The notes under the pieces were generated by a model. That model made no database searches and had not been told where the DNA came from. It was given only the letters and a program-made list of their open reading frames with translations. This document shows positions 1 through 9,126 of a stretch of DNA of 64,000 bases, in pieces; the first letter of the stretch is position 1, and every line of letters starts with the position of its first letter. The stretch is taken from contig JBFWNU010000001.1 in assembly GCA_050250895.1 (NCBI GenBank), forward strand, positions 680,008 to 744,007. Direction: 5' to 3'. The position numbers and the translations under genes are program-made. This DNA is from Vulcanimicrobiota bacterium. Lineage in GTDB: Bacteria; Vulcanimicrobiota; Xenobia; Xenobiales; JADMJV01.

Positions 1-2
1 AC

Positions 3-611
3 CAGGTCTTTCACGAGGTCGCCGAGAGGGCCGGCTGGCGCCGAGCACGCCTGGGCCCTCAGGCCAGGGGACAGCGGACGGGATGGTGGGGCCTCGAACT
101 GGCTACCGAGTCTTTCCTCGACCAGTTGGTCACCTGGCGAGAACTGGGCTACAACATGTGCGCCACCCAGCCCGCTTATGACCGCTGGGAGTCTCTGCCC
201 CAATGGGCTAGCGCCAGTCTGGAAGAACACGCCGACGACCCCCGCGACCACGTCTATAGCCTGGACCGGTTCGAACAGGCGAACACGCATGACCCGCTCT
301 GGAATGCCGTTCAGAACCAGTTGCGCCAGGAGGGGGTCATTCACAACTATCTGCGCATGCTATGGGGCAAGAAGGTGCTCCACTGGACCCGCCACCCTCG
401 TGAAGCTCTCGAGATCTTGATTGAACTCAACAACAAATATGCCCTGGACGGCCGCAACCCTAATTCTTATAGCGGGATCTTTTGGATCTTCGGGCGCTAC
501 GACAGGGCCTGGGGCCCCGAGCGCCCGATTTTCGGAAAGATTCGTTATATGACCAGCGATAGCACCCGGCGCAAGTTCAACCTGGAGCAGTATCTGGCGC
601 GCTACAGCTAG
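3..611 (+). CDS. phrB: Class II CPD photolyase, C-terminal FAD-binding part (5' truncated by window edge)
   Basis: Frame is open from position 3 (QVFHEVAER...ESFLDQLVTWRELGYN). Class II photolyase motifs THDPLWNAVQ, IHNYLRMLWGKK, LNNKYALDGRNPN, DRAWGPERPIFGKIRYM. Confidence 0.92.
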   Translation, partial: QVFHEVAERAGWRRARLGPQARGQRTGWWGLELATESFLDQLVTWRELGYNMCATQPAYDRWESLPQWASASLEEHADDPRDHVYSLDRFEQANTHDPLWNAVQNQLRQEGVIHNYLRMLWGKKVLHWTRHPREALEILIELNNKYALDGRNPNSYSGIFWIFGRYDRAWGPERPIFGKIRYMTSDSTRRKFNLEQYLARYS

Positions 612-642
612 GGGACTCGAGCCGGCGGCCGAAGTCCCCGGG

Positions 643-1977
643 GTGGTGCGGCCCCTGCGTGAAGAGGATCTACCCGTTCTGGACCAATTGATCCAGCGCT
701 GCCCCCAGCTGGGCAGCGAGCGTCCTTCGCTCCTGTGGCTTTTTTGGCGATTCTTTCCCACGACCAGCTGGGTGGTCGAGCGGGAAGGACGGCTGGCGGG
801 CGCCGTGCTGGCTTTGCCGAGTTTTCGCGAAAGCTCTACGCTATATGTCTATCTGCTGGCCGTCGACCCCGATTTTCAGGGTCGGGGACTGGGTCGAGTT
901 TTGCTCGAGCAGCTGCAAAGCCAGGCCAGAGCCCATCTCTTCTTGACCACTACCCCGGACAATCCGGCTGCTCTGGCCTTCTACCAAAGAGTCGGTTTCG
1001 AGCCCCCTCAACCGCTCGAGAAAGTGGGCCAGCCTCGGCTGGCCCTGCGGCGCGCCTATCCAGAGGCGGGCTCGGCCATCCTCGCGCGCATCGAGCGAGA
1101 GAGCGGCCTGAGCGGGCTCGCCGAGAGGCTGGCGAATCTGCCCGCCGGCGACCTTCAAAGCCTGCTGTTGGCCGTCTATCACCAGCGCAGCCAAAAGCTC
1201 ACCCCGCCCCAGGTGCTGGCCCAATATCGACAGAGCCGCTTCACCCCCGCCAGCCCCCTGGACGGCCTTACCTCGAGCCGCCTCGAGGTGGCGGCCTTCG
1301 AATGCCTGCCGGAGGGCTTCGAGACCCTCGAGTTATCACCGCTAGCTCCGCTGGGAGCCTGTTCCGTGCTGGGACCGGTGCACCAGAATAAAGTGGTGAG
1401 CACGTCTCGCAATCTCGAGGTAGCCGCCGACCCAACCTGTGGCCTGGCCATGGAGTGCGCCCTGCGTCGTCGCCGGGGCCAATCCGCCCGCCTGGCCGCC
1501 AGCCAGCGGGTGGTCCGGGCCCAGGCCCTGCCGGGGCCGGGGTTCTATGCTCACTTCCGCATGCTGGCCCTGGCTTCGGCCGACCGCTACAGTCGCGCCT
1601 TTCAAACCCAGAGCCTGAGACAGCATCTGGAGTTCTACCTCAGGCTCTTTAGCCGCCTCTGCGAGGGCCGCCAGATCCAGGTGCGCCTGACCGACCTGGG
1701 AGCCGGGCTCGACTCGGGTTTCTTCATGCCGTTGCGCAGCCAGTTCCCAGCCGTGAGCTACGGACTCGACCCGGACCGCGAGGTCGGGGCCTATTATCGT
1801 AGCTGCTGCTTCAAGCTCTGGGTCGACGACCTCGAACTGGGAGATGGCGGTTTTCTCGACTGGACTGCCAGGCTACTCGAAGACGGCCGCGAAACCATGC
1901 TCAGCAGCGGCATCGGTCTCGAACGTCTGGCCGAGTTGTGCAACTGGAAACGCCCAGGCGAGCCGACTGGGGCCTAG
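643..1977 (+). CDS. GNAT acetyltransferase fused to a class II aminoacyl-tRNA-synthetase-like domain
   Basis: N-terminal GNAT motif A LAVDPDFQGRGLG and NPAALAFYQRVGF. The C-terminal ~300 aa has QRVVRAQ...YAHF (motif 2-like) and ELGDGG...SGIGLERL (motif 3-like). Confidence 0.7.
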   Translation: MVRPLREEDLPVLDQLIQRCPQLGSERPSLLWLFWRFFPTTSWVVEREGRLAGAVLALPSFRESSTLYVYLLAVDPDFQGRGLGRVLLEQLQSQARAHLFLTTTPDNPAALAFYQRVGFEPPQPLEKVGQPRLALRRAYPEAGSAILARIERESGLSGLAERLANLPAGDLQSLLLAVYHQRSQKLTPPQVLAQYRQSRFTPASPLDGLTSSRLEVAAFECLPEGFETLELSPLAPLGACSVLGPVHQNKVVSTSRNLEVAADPTCGLAMECALRRRRGQSARLAASQRVVRAQALPGPGFYAHFRMLALASADRYSRAFQTQSLRQHLEFYLRLFSRLCEGRQIQVRLTDLGAGLDSGFFMPLRSQFPAVSYGLDPDREVGAYYRSCCFKLWVDDLELGDGGFLDWTARLLEDGRETMLSSGIGLERLAELCNWKRPGEPTGA

Positions 1978-2648
1978 CGTTCGTCAATCTGGTAGCTCCA
2001 GGTGCCCGGGAATTCCCAGGGCTCCCGACGGATGCGATAGTGACGGTCCAGCACCCTGGAGTAGGCAAAGCCGTCCTCCGTCGTTGGCGCCGATCGGAAT
2101 TCTCCATCCACCAGGTGACAGAGATGAAACGAAATCTCTCCACTGCGGGCATCGACCAGCCAAAGCTCCTCTACCCCGGCAGCGGCATAGAGCGGGGGCA
2201 GTCGCTTCCTGTCCTTTCCCGCCGAGCTGTCGCTGAGAATCTCGACCACCAGGGCTGCGCTGCCCTCAATCTCGATGAGGCGTTCAGGACGAGACCCGGA
2301 AAGATAGCGAGAGCGCCCCTCTCGCAGAGCCTTCAATGAGATCAGCAGAAGGTCCGGCTCGCAGGACAGACCGGCACGGTCGTTGCTCAAGCGAGCGCGA
2401 TCGATGAACAACTGGCCCAGATTCTCGGCTTTGACCCGCCTGTGGAGGGCGGCGTGGAGTTCGCTCTTGAGGGCGCCGTGGCTCTGGAGTTCTTCGGGAG
2501 ACATATCGATCTCGAGGGTTCCGTCCAGAAAGTCGATTCTCCCCCGTTCAGGAAACGCGTCCGAGCGGGCCCATTCCCGAAAGGCGTCGATGCGGCCGGA
2601 ATCGGCCGGAATGACCAGTTCGTCTTCCCAAAGAATGGCGGGTCTCAT
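1974..2648 (-). CDS. Uma2/DUF820 family endonuclease-like protein
   Basis: RIDFLDG..MSP...H, CEPDLLLI, LVVEILSDSS..KD..R..PLYAAAGVEELWLVD. Start is ATG 2648 or ATG 2678. Confidence 0.88.
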   Translation of the reverse strand: MRPAILWEDELVIPADSGRIDAFREWARSDAFPERGRIDFLDGTLEIDMSPEELQSHGALKSELHAALHRRVKAENLGQLFIDRARLSNDRAGLSCEPDLLLISLKALREGRSRYLSGSRPERLIEIEGSAALVVEILSDSSAGKDRKRLPPLYAAAGVEELWLVDARSGEISFHLCHLVDGEFRSAPTTEDGFAYSRVLDRHYRIRREPWEFPGTWSYQIDER

Positions 2649-2689
2649 CAGGTGGGATTTCGTCACGAACGACGCCATTTCCCGTAGCC

Positions 2690-2717
2690 GGCGAGCCCGC
2701 CTCAAGGCGGGCCCGCC
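2690..2717. terminator. GC hairpin downstream of the first TPM-like gene
   Basis: Inverted repeat ggcg-a-gcccgcc/tcaa/ggcgggc-c-cgcc about 10 nt after the stop at 2726. No clear U-tract. Confidence 0.4.
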
Positions 2718-2725
2718 TGGGTCTG

Positions 2726-5632
2726 TTACCAGCTGCCGCCGCTGGAGCCACCGCTCCAACTGCCGCCGCTCGAGCCTCCACTCGACCCACTGCCCCAGCT
2801 GCTGCCACTAGAGCCACTGCTGCTGTCGCTGCCACTGCCCCAACTGCTGCCGCTCGAGCCGCTGTCGCTTGAACCAGAACCCCAGCTGCTACCGCTCGAG
2901 CCGCTGCCCCACGAACTGCCGCCAGAGCTGCTGCTACCCGAACCGCTGCTTCCACTGCTTCCACTGCTTCCACTGCTTCCGCTGCTGCCACCCCAGGAGC
3001 TGCCACCACCCCCATAGCCGCCACCATAGTAGTCGTCGTGGCGGTGACTTTCGCGATAGCGACGCTGCTCTTCAGCCCTACGAGCGGCCTCGCGGGCGCG
3101 TTCGGCCGCTTCCTCCATGGCCCGATCCACCTCCCGATTGTGCAAGTCCCTAAGCTGGTCGCGCGCCTCAGAGACGGTTTTCTGAGCCAGGTCAACCTTC
3201 TCACGAGCGCCCTGAATATTGCCCTCGGCCTGATCAATGTCGCTCTCGCGGAGATGAGCCTCAGCGCCTTCCAACAATAGCTCGCCGTCCCGAAGAGCCA
3301 TTTCGGCCGGTTTGATCCATTCGCTCTTCATGCCGGTGACCACGCCGGCCCGGCTCAGCTTTTCGGCTTTAGCTGTAGAAGCATCCTCGCTGCTGGCCTG
3401 GATCAGGCCTCTCACCTCGACGATAGCATCCAGGCAATCCTGAAAGCGATCCCCTTCACCGGCCGCTTTGGCCTTTTCAAGCGCTTCCAGGAGAGCGAGC
3501 CTGGCGAGCAGTTCGTTAGCGTTGTCGCGCTTTTCGGCCATAGCCAGCAAGATCTCATGGAGCGACTTCTCGAAGTCGCGCGAGGCACCCCGCTTGAGCA
3601 ACTCGTCCTTCCAGCTGCGGGCTTTGTCCGAACCGTCCAGGACGGCCCGCGAGGGGTCGCTCAGGCTAAAGCGGACCCGCTCGTCCTCTTTGGTCAACAG
3701 AGCCAGGGCTTTATCATAGTTGCGCGGCGAGAACCAGTTGATCATCGACTTCGACTCGATGAGTTCCGACGACTCGGCCAGAACCTTGTCGGCGCCACCC
3801 ATCAAGGTGAGGGCGTCGCCGACATTCTCAGACAGCTGAGCCACCAGGTCGCCCAGCTGGCCCGAATAGTTCGACAGCTTGTGCACGTCTGTTTCATCGA
3901 GCAGGTCCATCAGAGCCCTGGTCTTCTCGGCGATCTCGGTCTGGGCGTCGGTCAACGCCTCTTGAGCCTCTTTACGGTGCCGCTTGGAATTCTGATGTGC
4001 CATCAGGGCCGCTACCGCGATGCCTCCGGCCACCGTCACGATGGCCAGCTTGCGCACGTTGGCTGCCTGCTGGTCCAACTTCTCCAATCGTTGCGCCTCG
4101 GACACCGCACGATTGGCATCGCGGGTGGCTTGCTGCTGGCTGGCGTAGAAGCCGGTGTCCTTCGATGAGAGTTTGGCCTGGAACGATGCGTAGCTGGCCC
4201 GAGCCTGCTCGAGCACTGCCTGAGCCTGGCCTCGTGAGCCCTCGGGCAGACCGGCGATGATGGTCTCGGCGCGGGTCAGCTGACTGCCGATACGGGATGC
4301 CTCGGCAGGGGCCTGTGCGAAACGAGCCATCAGTTCCTGTTGCGAGTGGATTGCGTCGAGCACCTCGCGGGCTGCGTCGCGGGCGGCCTCGAACTGGCCG
4401 GCGGCAGCGTTCCTTTCGGCCTGGTCAAGGGTGGATGCCCAGCCCGACAAATTGGGGTTGGCCAGGCCTCCGTCGCCATGCTCGGCCCGAAACTCGCTAA
4501 CCGACTCGCGCACGCCCTCGAGGGCGGTCTTGGCGCTGGCCACGGCGCTCAGGGCTTCGCCCCGAATGCGCTCGTAGTTCGTCATGGCCGTCTGCGCGCC
4601 GGTCACGCCCGAGAGCACTCCCTCGGCCAACTCTCGCGCCGCCTGGTAGTCCTTGCGCTCGAGGGCGCCGCGCGCCCTGGCCAGCTCCTCTTCCCAGCGT
4701 GTGGTGTCGAGGGGGACCGCGGTGCTGCCGTTCTTCTCGGTAAACTCCTGGGCCTGCTCGCGCCCTTCGGCCAAAGCCGTCTCGGCCCGGCGAACGGCCG
4801 AGTTGGCTCCCTCCACCACTTCCACCACGTGGGTCTGGATCGTGGTGTTGATACGGCGGGCAACCGCCCCCAGACCCGAGGCGATATCGCCCTGACCGAC
4901 GTTGGCCTTAAAGACCTCGATCAGAGTGCTGCTGCGCGGACCGGCGAAGTTCTCTTCGCCTACACCCAGCTGGTCAGGTAGACCCTCGGAGCGCATGAAA
5001 ATCTTGCGTCCCTGGCTGCTGTCCATGTAGACGAAGAAGACCACACCCTTTTTCTCGCCGGTGGTCTCGTCGACCACGGAGTGAAAGGCGCTGCTCTCTC
5101 CCAGGCCGTGGTTGGCCGTGCCGTGATAGCTCTCGAGCTGGCCGGCGTTGTCGACCACCACCACAAAGACGTTGGGGTTCTGGGCCAACATACGCTCCAA
5201 ACGCTGCTCCTGGTCGGCGCTCACGGGGTGGCCCTGGATATAGAGTTGGCGGTCCGCGCTGAATTTGCGAATCAAATCCTGAGCGCTGTTTACCCTGACC
5301 GGATCGGTGCTGCGTATGGCCTCCTGAGAGATCGACTGGGCCATAGCCGGCGAGGCGGCTCCCATCAGGCCCACTCCGGCCCCGACGGCCGAGAGGGCCA
5401 GGGCGCCGATGGTGGCGGCTTTCTGCCACCCGGACTCGGCTCTGTCGGGAGCCTCGGGAGCAGACATTTCTTTGAGTTCTGGCGTGGGGGTGATGAGACC
5501 GAGCCGGTGAGAACCAGGCGGGGCCTGATACTCGAGCCGGTCGAGAGACTGGTGGCTGGTTTGGGTGCTCGTGCTACGAGCAGTATATTTAACAGGCCGG
5601 CTGGCCTGACCGATCACGGGATTCAACGACAT
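2726..5632 (-). CDS. Large membrane-anchored TPM-like/coiled-coil protein with Gly/Ser/Trp tail (paralogue 1)
   Basis: GGAGG RBS. ~65 aa polar leader, then hydrophobic segment ending AMA|Q, an alpha/beta domain, long helical repeats, a second TM (LAIVTVAGGIAVAALMA) and a G/S-rich tail ending GGSW as in TPM/YgcG-type proteins. Confidence 0.75.
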   Translation of the reverse strand: MSLNPVIGQASRPVKYTARSTSTQTSHQSLDRLEYQAPPGSHRLGLITPTPELKEMSAPEAPDRAESGWQKAATIGALALSAVGAGVGLMGAASPAMAQSISQEAIRSTDPVRVNSAQDLIRKFSADRQLYIQGHPVSADQEQRLERMLAQNPNVFVVVVDNAGQLESYHGTANHGLGESSAFHSVVDETTGEKKGVVFFVYMDSSQGRKIFMRSEGLPDQLGVGEENFAGPRSSTLIEVFKANVGQGDIASGLGAVARRINTTIQTHVVEVVEGANSAVRRAETALAEGREQAQEFTEKNGSTAVPLDTTRWEEELARARGALERKDYQAARELAEGVLSGVTGAQTAMTNYERIRGEALSAVASAKTALEGVRESVSEFRAEHGDGGLANPNLSGWASTLDQAERNAAAGQFEAARDAAREVLDAIHSQQELMARFAQAPAEASRIGSQLTRAETIIAGLPEGSRGQAQAVLEQARASYASFQAKLSSKDTGFYASQQQATRDANRAVSEAQRLEKLDQQAANVRKLAIVTVAGGIAVAALMAHQNSKRHRKEAQEALTDAQTEIAEKTRALMDLLDETDVHKLSNYSGQLGDLVAQLSENVGDALTLMGGADKVLAESSELIESKSMINWFSPRNYDKALALLTKEDERVRFSLSDPSRAVLDGSDKARSWKDELLKRGASRDFEKSLHEILLAMAEKRDNANELLARLALLEALEKAKAAGEGDRFQDCLDAIVEVRGLIQASSEDASTAKAEKLSRAGVVTGMKSEWIKPAEMALRDGELLLEGAEAHLRESDIDQAEGNIQGAREKVDLAQKTVSEARDQLRDLHNREVDRAMEEAAERAREAARRAEEQRRYRESHRHDDYYGGGYGGGGSSWGGSSGSSGSSGSSGSSGSGSSSSGGSSWGSGSSGSSWGSGSSDSGSSGSSWGSGSDSSSGSSGSSWGSGSSGGSSGGSWSGGSSGGSW
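2946..2981. repeat. 4 x 9-bp tandem repeat (ctgcttcca) encoding (SSG)n in the Gly/Ser tail
   Basis: Directly visible: ctgcttcca ctgcttcca ctgcttcca ctgcttccg. Confidence 0.85.
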
Positions 5633-5709
5633 CCTTTTCTTCCTCCATTAGAAAAGAAGACGAGCCTGGTGCTGTGTGTGTGGTGACCTGAGAAATGGCA
5701 GTGGTCAGA

Positions 5710-5737
5710 CGGTAGGCCCGGCGCCCCGGGCCTACCG
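5710..5737. terminator. Perfect 12-bp hairpin between the tandem paralogues
   Basis: cggtaggcccgg-cgcc-ccgggcctaccg, 13 nt downstream of the stop of 5751..8642. Confidence 0.6.
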
Positions 5738-5750
5738 CAAAACGCGCGTG

Positions 5751-8642
5751 TTACCAGCTAGAACCGCTGGAGCCGCCGCTCCAACTGCCGCCGCTCGAGC
5801 CGCCGCTGGAACCCGAGCCAGAGCCCCAACTGCTTCCGCTCGAGCCGCTGTCGCTCGAGCCAGAGCCCCAGCTGCTACCGCTCGAGCCCCAGCTGCTGCT
5901 ACTGCTGTCGTCATTGTCGCTCGACGACGAGCCGCCGCCCCAGTTCCAAGAACTGGAACTAGAACCCGAGCTAGACGAGCCGCTGTCGCTGCTGCCCCAA
6001 TTCCAGGAACTGGAGCTTGAACTCGAGCTGCCGCTAGAGTAGTTGTCATCGCGGTCCCAGCCTCCCGAGCTGTAGCTGTCACGATAACGCCGGGCCTCTT
6101 CGGCACGCTGGCGGGCCTGCTCTTCCACGGCGGCCACCACGTTGTCGTGGCGCTCCTTGAGGGCATCATTGGCCGAGCGAATGCCCGCTTTGGCTTCGTT
6201 GTTCTTGGCGCGGGCCTCTTGCACGTGCTCTTCACCCTGGTCGACCTGATTCTGGCGCAGCGAATTCTCGGCCGCCGCCAGAGCCTGCTGACCCTGGCCC
6301 AGAGCCGTCTCGGCCGGCTGAATCTCGGAACTGGCCATGGTGGTGGTGACACTGTTGCCCACATCGACCAGTTGGCTGCCTTTGGCCGTATTGATGTCAG
6401 CGGCGGTGTTCTCGAGACTGGCGCGAACCGAGGCGATGCTGTCGAAGCAAGCCTGGAAGCGGTCGCCGTTGCCGGATGCTTTAGCCCGTTCCAGAGCCTC
6501 GAGCAAGGCCAGCCGGTCGAGCAATTCCTGTGCGTTGTCGCGCTTTTCGGCCATGGCCAGCAAAATCTCGTAGAGCGACTTTTCGTATTCGCGCGAGGCG
6601 CCTCGCTTGAGCAGCTCTTCTTTCCAGCTGCGGGCCTGGTCCGAGCCCTCCATGACAGCCCGCGAGGGGTCGCTCAGACTAAAGCGCACGCGCTCGTCCT
6701 CTTTGGTCAACAGGGCCAGCGCTTTGTTGTAGTTGTGAGGCGAAACCCAGTTGAGAGCCGACTTAGAATCCACCCGTTCCGAGGCCTCGGCCAGCACCTT
6801 CTCGGCCCCGCCCATCAAGGTCAGGGCCGCACCCACATTCTCCGAGAGAGAAGCGACCAGGTCGCCCATCTCGCCCGAATAGTTCGACAGTTTGTGAACG
6901 TCCACTTCGTCGAGCAGGTCCATCAGAGCCTTCGTCTTAGCCGCGATCTCGGTATTGGCGTCCTCGAGGGCCAGTCTTGCCTCTTTACGGCGCGACGAAG
7001 CCCGATAGTTGGCCACCAGACCCAGCACCGCGATGCCCGCAGCCACACCCCCGATGGCCAGTTTGCGCATGGTCTCGGCCTGGTGGACCCGATTCTCGGC
7101 GCCCTCGATTACCTCGACCGCGGTGTCGGCGTCGTGGGCGGCGTGTTGTTGGCTGGTATAGAAGCCCGCATCCTTGGATTGGAGTTTGGCCTGGAAGTCG
7201 GCGTAGCTGCTCCTGGCCTGCTCGAGGACCCCCCGCAAGGGGGTTTGTTCGGACTCGGGCAGTCCCGCCAACTTCGCCTCGGCCTGAGCGAGTTGCCCGG
7301 CGATCCGTTCAGAAGCGGCCGGCGCCTGCTCGAAGCGAGCCATCAGTTCTTGCTGGGTGCGAATGGCATCGAGCACCTCCTGAGCCGTGTCGCGGGCCAC
7401 CTGGAACTGACCGGCGGCCGCGTTCTTTTCGGCCTGGTCCAGAGTGGCGCTCCAGCCCGAGAGATTGGGGCTGGCCAAGCCGCCGTCGCCATGTTCGACC
7501 CGGAAGCTATTGACCGACTCGCGCATGCCCTCGAGGGCGGTGCGGGCGCTGGCCACTGTGCTGAGAGCCTGGCTGCGAATGCGCTCGAAGTTGGCCATGG
7601 CGGTCTGGGCCCCGGTCACGCCCGAGAGCACGCCTTCGGCCAAATTCTTGGCCGTCTGGTAGTCTCTGCGCTCGAGCGCGTTCCGGGCTCGAGCCAGGTC
7701 CTGCTCCCAACTGCCCACGTCGACCGGCACCGAGGTGCTGCCGTTCTTCTCGCGAAACTCTTGGACCTGTTGGCGCCCTTCGGCCACCGCCGACTCCGCC
7801 CGACGGACGGCCGAGTTGGCTCCGTCGGCGAGTCCGACCACATAGTTGTGGACGGTGGTATTGATGCGGTTGGCCACGGCGCCGATGCCCGAAGCCAGGT
7901 CGCCCTGACCGACGTTGGCCTTGAAGATGTCCACCAGCGTGTTGCTGCGCGGTCCGGCGAAATTCTCTTCACCCACCCCGAGCTGGTCAGGCAGGCCCTC
8001 GGCCCGCATGTAGATTTTCTTGCCCTGGCTGCTGTCCATGTAGACGAAGAAGACGACTCCATCTTTCTGGCCGGTAGTCTCGTCGACGACCGAATGGAAG
8101 GCACCGCTTTCGCCGATGCCATGGTTGGCCGTGCCGTGATAGCCTTCGAGCTGGCCGGCGTTGTCGACCACTACAACATAGATGTTGGGATGGCGAGCCA
8201 GCATTTGCTCGAGGCGATGCTCCTGATCGGCGCTGACCGGACGCCCCTGGATATAGAGTTGGCGTTCGGCCGTGAAACGGTTGACCAGATCCTGGGCGCT
8301 GGTGATACGCACCGGGTCGGTGTTACGGGCGGCCGGAACCGAGATGGACTGGGCCATCGCCGGTGACGAGGCGCCCAATAGTCCGGCTCCGGCACCCACG
8401 GCCGAAAGCGCCAGGGCGCTCAGGGTAGCAACTTTACGCCAGCCTGACTCTTGCCTTTCAGGAGCTTCGGGAGCGGCCGGCTCCAGCAGTTCGGGGGTCG
8501 GTTGGATCAGGCCGAGGCTTTGGGCTCCTGGCGGGGCCTGACGGTCCAGACCGTCGATGGGGTTGGCGTGGGGGATGCTCGCCCGAGGCGCGCTATAAAC
8601 AACAGGCCGCTTGGCCTGGCCGGGAATGCCGATCGAAGACAT
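5751..8642 (-). CDS. Large membrane-anchored TPM-like/coiled-coil protein with Gly/Ser/Trp tail (paralogue 2)
   Basis: ATG 8642 (MSSIGIPGQ) follows AGGAGGAG. Colinear with, and highly similar to, 2726..5632 (e.g. GLPDQLGVGEENFAGPRS and KALALLTKEDERVRFSLSDPSRAV are identical). Confidence 0.78.
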   Translation of the reverse strand: MSSIGIPGQAKRPVVYSAPRASIPHANPIDGLDRQAPPGAQSLGLIQPTPELLEPAAPEAPERQESGWRKVATLSALALSAVGAGAGLLGASSPAMAQSISVPAARNTDPVRITSAQDLVNRFTAERQLYIQGRPVSADQEHRLEQMLARHPNIYVVVVDNAGQLEGYHGTANHGIGESGAFHSVVDETTGQKDGVVFFVYMDSSQGKKIYMRAEGLPDQLGVGEENFAGPRSNTLVDIFKANVGQGDLASGIGAVANRINTTVHNYVVGLADGANSAVRRAESAVAEGRQQVQEFREKNGSTSVPVDVGSWEQDLARARNALERRDYQTAKNLAEGVLSGVTGAQTAMANFERIRSQALSTVASARTALEGMRESVNSFRVEHGDGGLASPNLSGWSATLDQAEKNAAAGQFQVARDTAQEVLDAIRTQQELMARFEQAPAASERIAGQLAQAEAKLAGLPESEQTPLRGVLEQARSSYADFQAKLQSKDAGFYTSQQHAAHDADTAVEVIEGAENRVHQAETMRKLAIGGVAAGIAVLGLVANYRASSRRKEARLALEDANTEIAAKTKALMDLLDEVDVHKLSNYSGEMGDLVASLSENVGAALTLMGGAEKVLAEASERVDSKSALNWVSPHNYNKALALLTKEDERVRFSLSDPSRAVMEGSDQARSWKEELLKRGASREYEKSLYEILLAMAEKRDNAQELLDRLALLEALERAKASGNGDRFQACFDSIASVRASLENTAADINTAKGSQLVDVGNSVTTTMASSEIQPAETALGQGQQALAAAENSLRQNQVDQGEEHVQEARAKNNEAKAGIRSANDALKERHDNVVAAVEEQARQRAEEARRYRDSYSSGGWDRDDNYSSGSSSSSSSSWNWGSSDSGSSSSGSSSSSWNWGGGSSSSDNDDSSSSSWGSSGSSWGSGSSDSGSSGSSWGSGSGSSGGSSGGSWSGGSSGSSW

Positions 8643-8690
8643 TTTTCTCCTCCTGTAGAAAGGAGAGAGCACAACGAGAGACCTGGCATG

Positions 8691-8712
8691 AGAGTAGGCC
8701 GCGGCCCTGAAA
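8691..8712 (-). promoter_or_regulatory. Shared promoter-like motif TTTCAG-N8-CCTACTCT
   Basis: Minus strand TTTCAGggccgcggCCTACTCT, ~50 nt upstream of ATG 8642. Same layout as the copies at 31397, 53099 and 63577. Confidence 0.6.
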
Positions 8713-8763
8713 GTATCCTTACTTCTCGGGGGGTTTTGACTGCAGGAAGAGGAATGGTCGCCC

Positions 8764-9126
8764 ATGTCCAATCGAGGCGGATACCACCAGCGCGCGCTCA
8801 ACCTCATCGACCAGACCGCTCGCGCCCTGCGGGGCCAACTCGACGTTGACCACGTGCTCGACGAGATCGAAGCCCTCAGCGAGGACATTCACGCCGCCTT
8901 TACGGTCTTGCCAGAACCGCCTGATAGCCTGCAAGCTCTGGTGGGCGAACTCGATACTGCCTTCGCCGAAGCCGGCGAGTTGCATCTCGAAGGGTTGACG
9001 CTGGCCGCGGAGGCTCTGGAACAGGGCGAGCCCGCTCAGCTCGAGCGAGCTCGCCAACTGGTCGAAAAAGGCGGCCTGCGCATCGTGGCCGCTGAAGAGC
9101 AGGCCCACAAACGGCTGCTGGGCTAA
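8764..9126 (+). CDS. Hypothetical helical protein (120 aa)
   Basis: AGAGGA RBS, ATG start, amphipathic helical sequence, fills the gap between neighbours. Confidence 0.7.
   Translation: MSNRGGYHQRALNLIDQTARALRGQLDVDHVLDEIEALSEDIHAAFTVLPEPPDSLQALVGELDTAFAEAGELHLEGLTLAAEALEQGEPAQLERARQLVEKGGLRIVAAEEQAHKRLLG

Noticed and set aside
611-639. Hairpin ggggact...agtcccc between the photolyase and GNAT genes
   Set aside because: Short stem with no U-tract, plausible by chance at this GC content.
1974-2648. Uma2 nuclease as evidence of a mobile element or defence island
   Set aside because: It is a common stand-alone family, and there is no integrase, transposase, terminal repeat or compositional shift nearby.
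2726-6070. Repeated gccgctcgagcc/ccccaactgct units as a possible CRISPR array or REP elements
   Set aside because: Irregular spacing, entirely within the coding Gly/Ser tails, and no cas genes.
6147-8366. Long antisense ORFs (6147..8366, 35499..37487, 53756..55582, 31409..32923 and others)
   Set aside because: They are shadows of real genes on the opposite strand, typical of high-GC codon bias, with no recognisable motifs.
8643-8888. 82-aa N-terminal extension of the 1045-aa ORF
   Set aside because: It overlaps the divergent gene 8764..9126. The RBS and paralogue alignment support ATG 8642.
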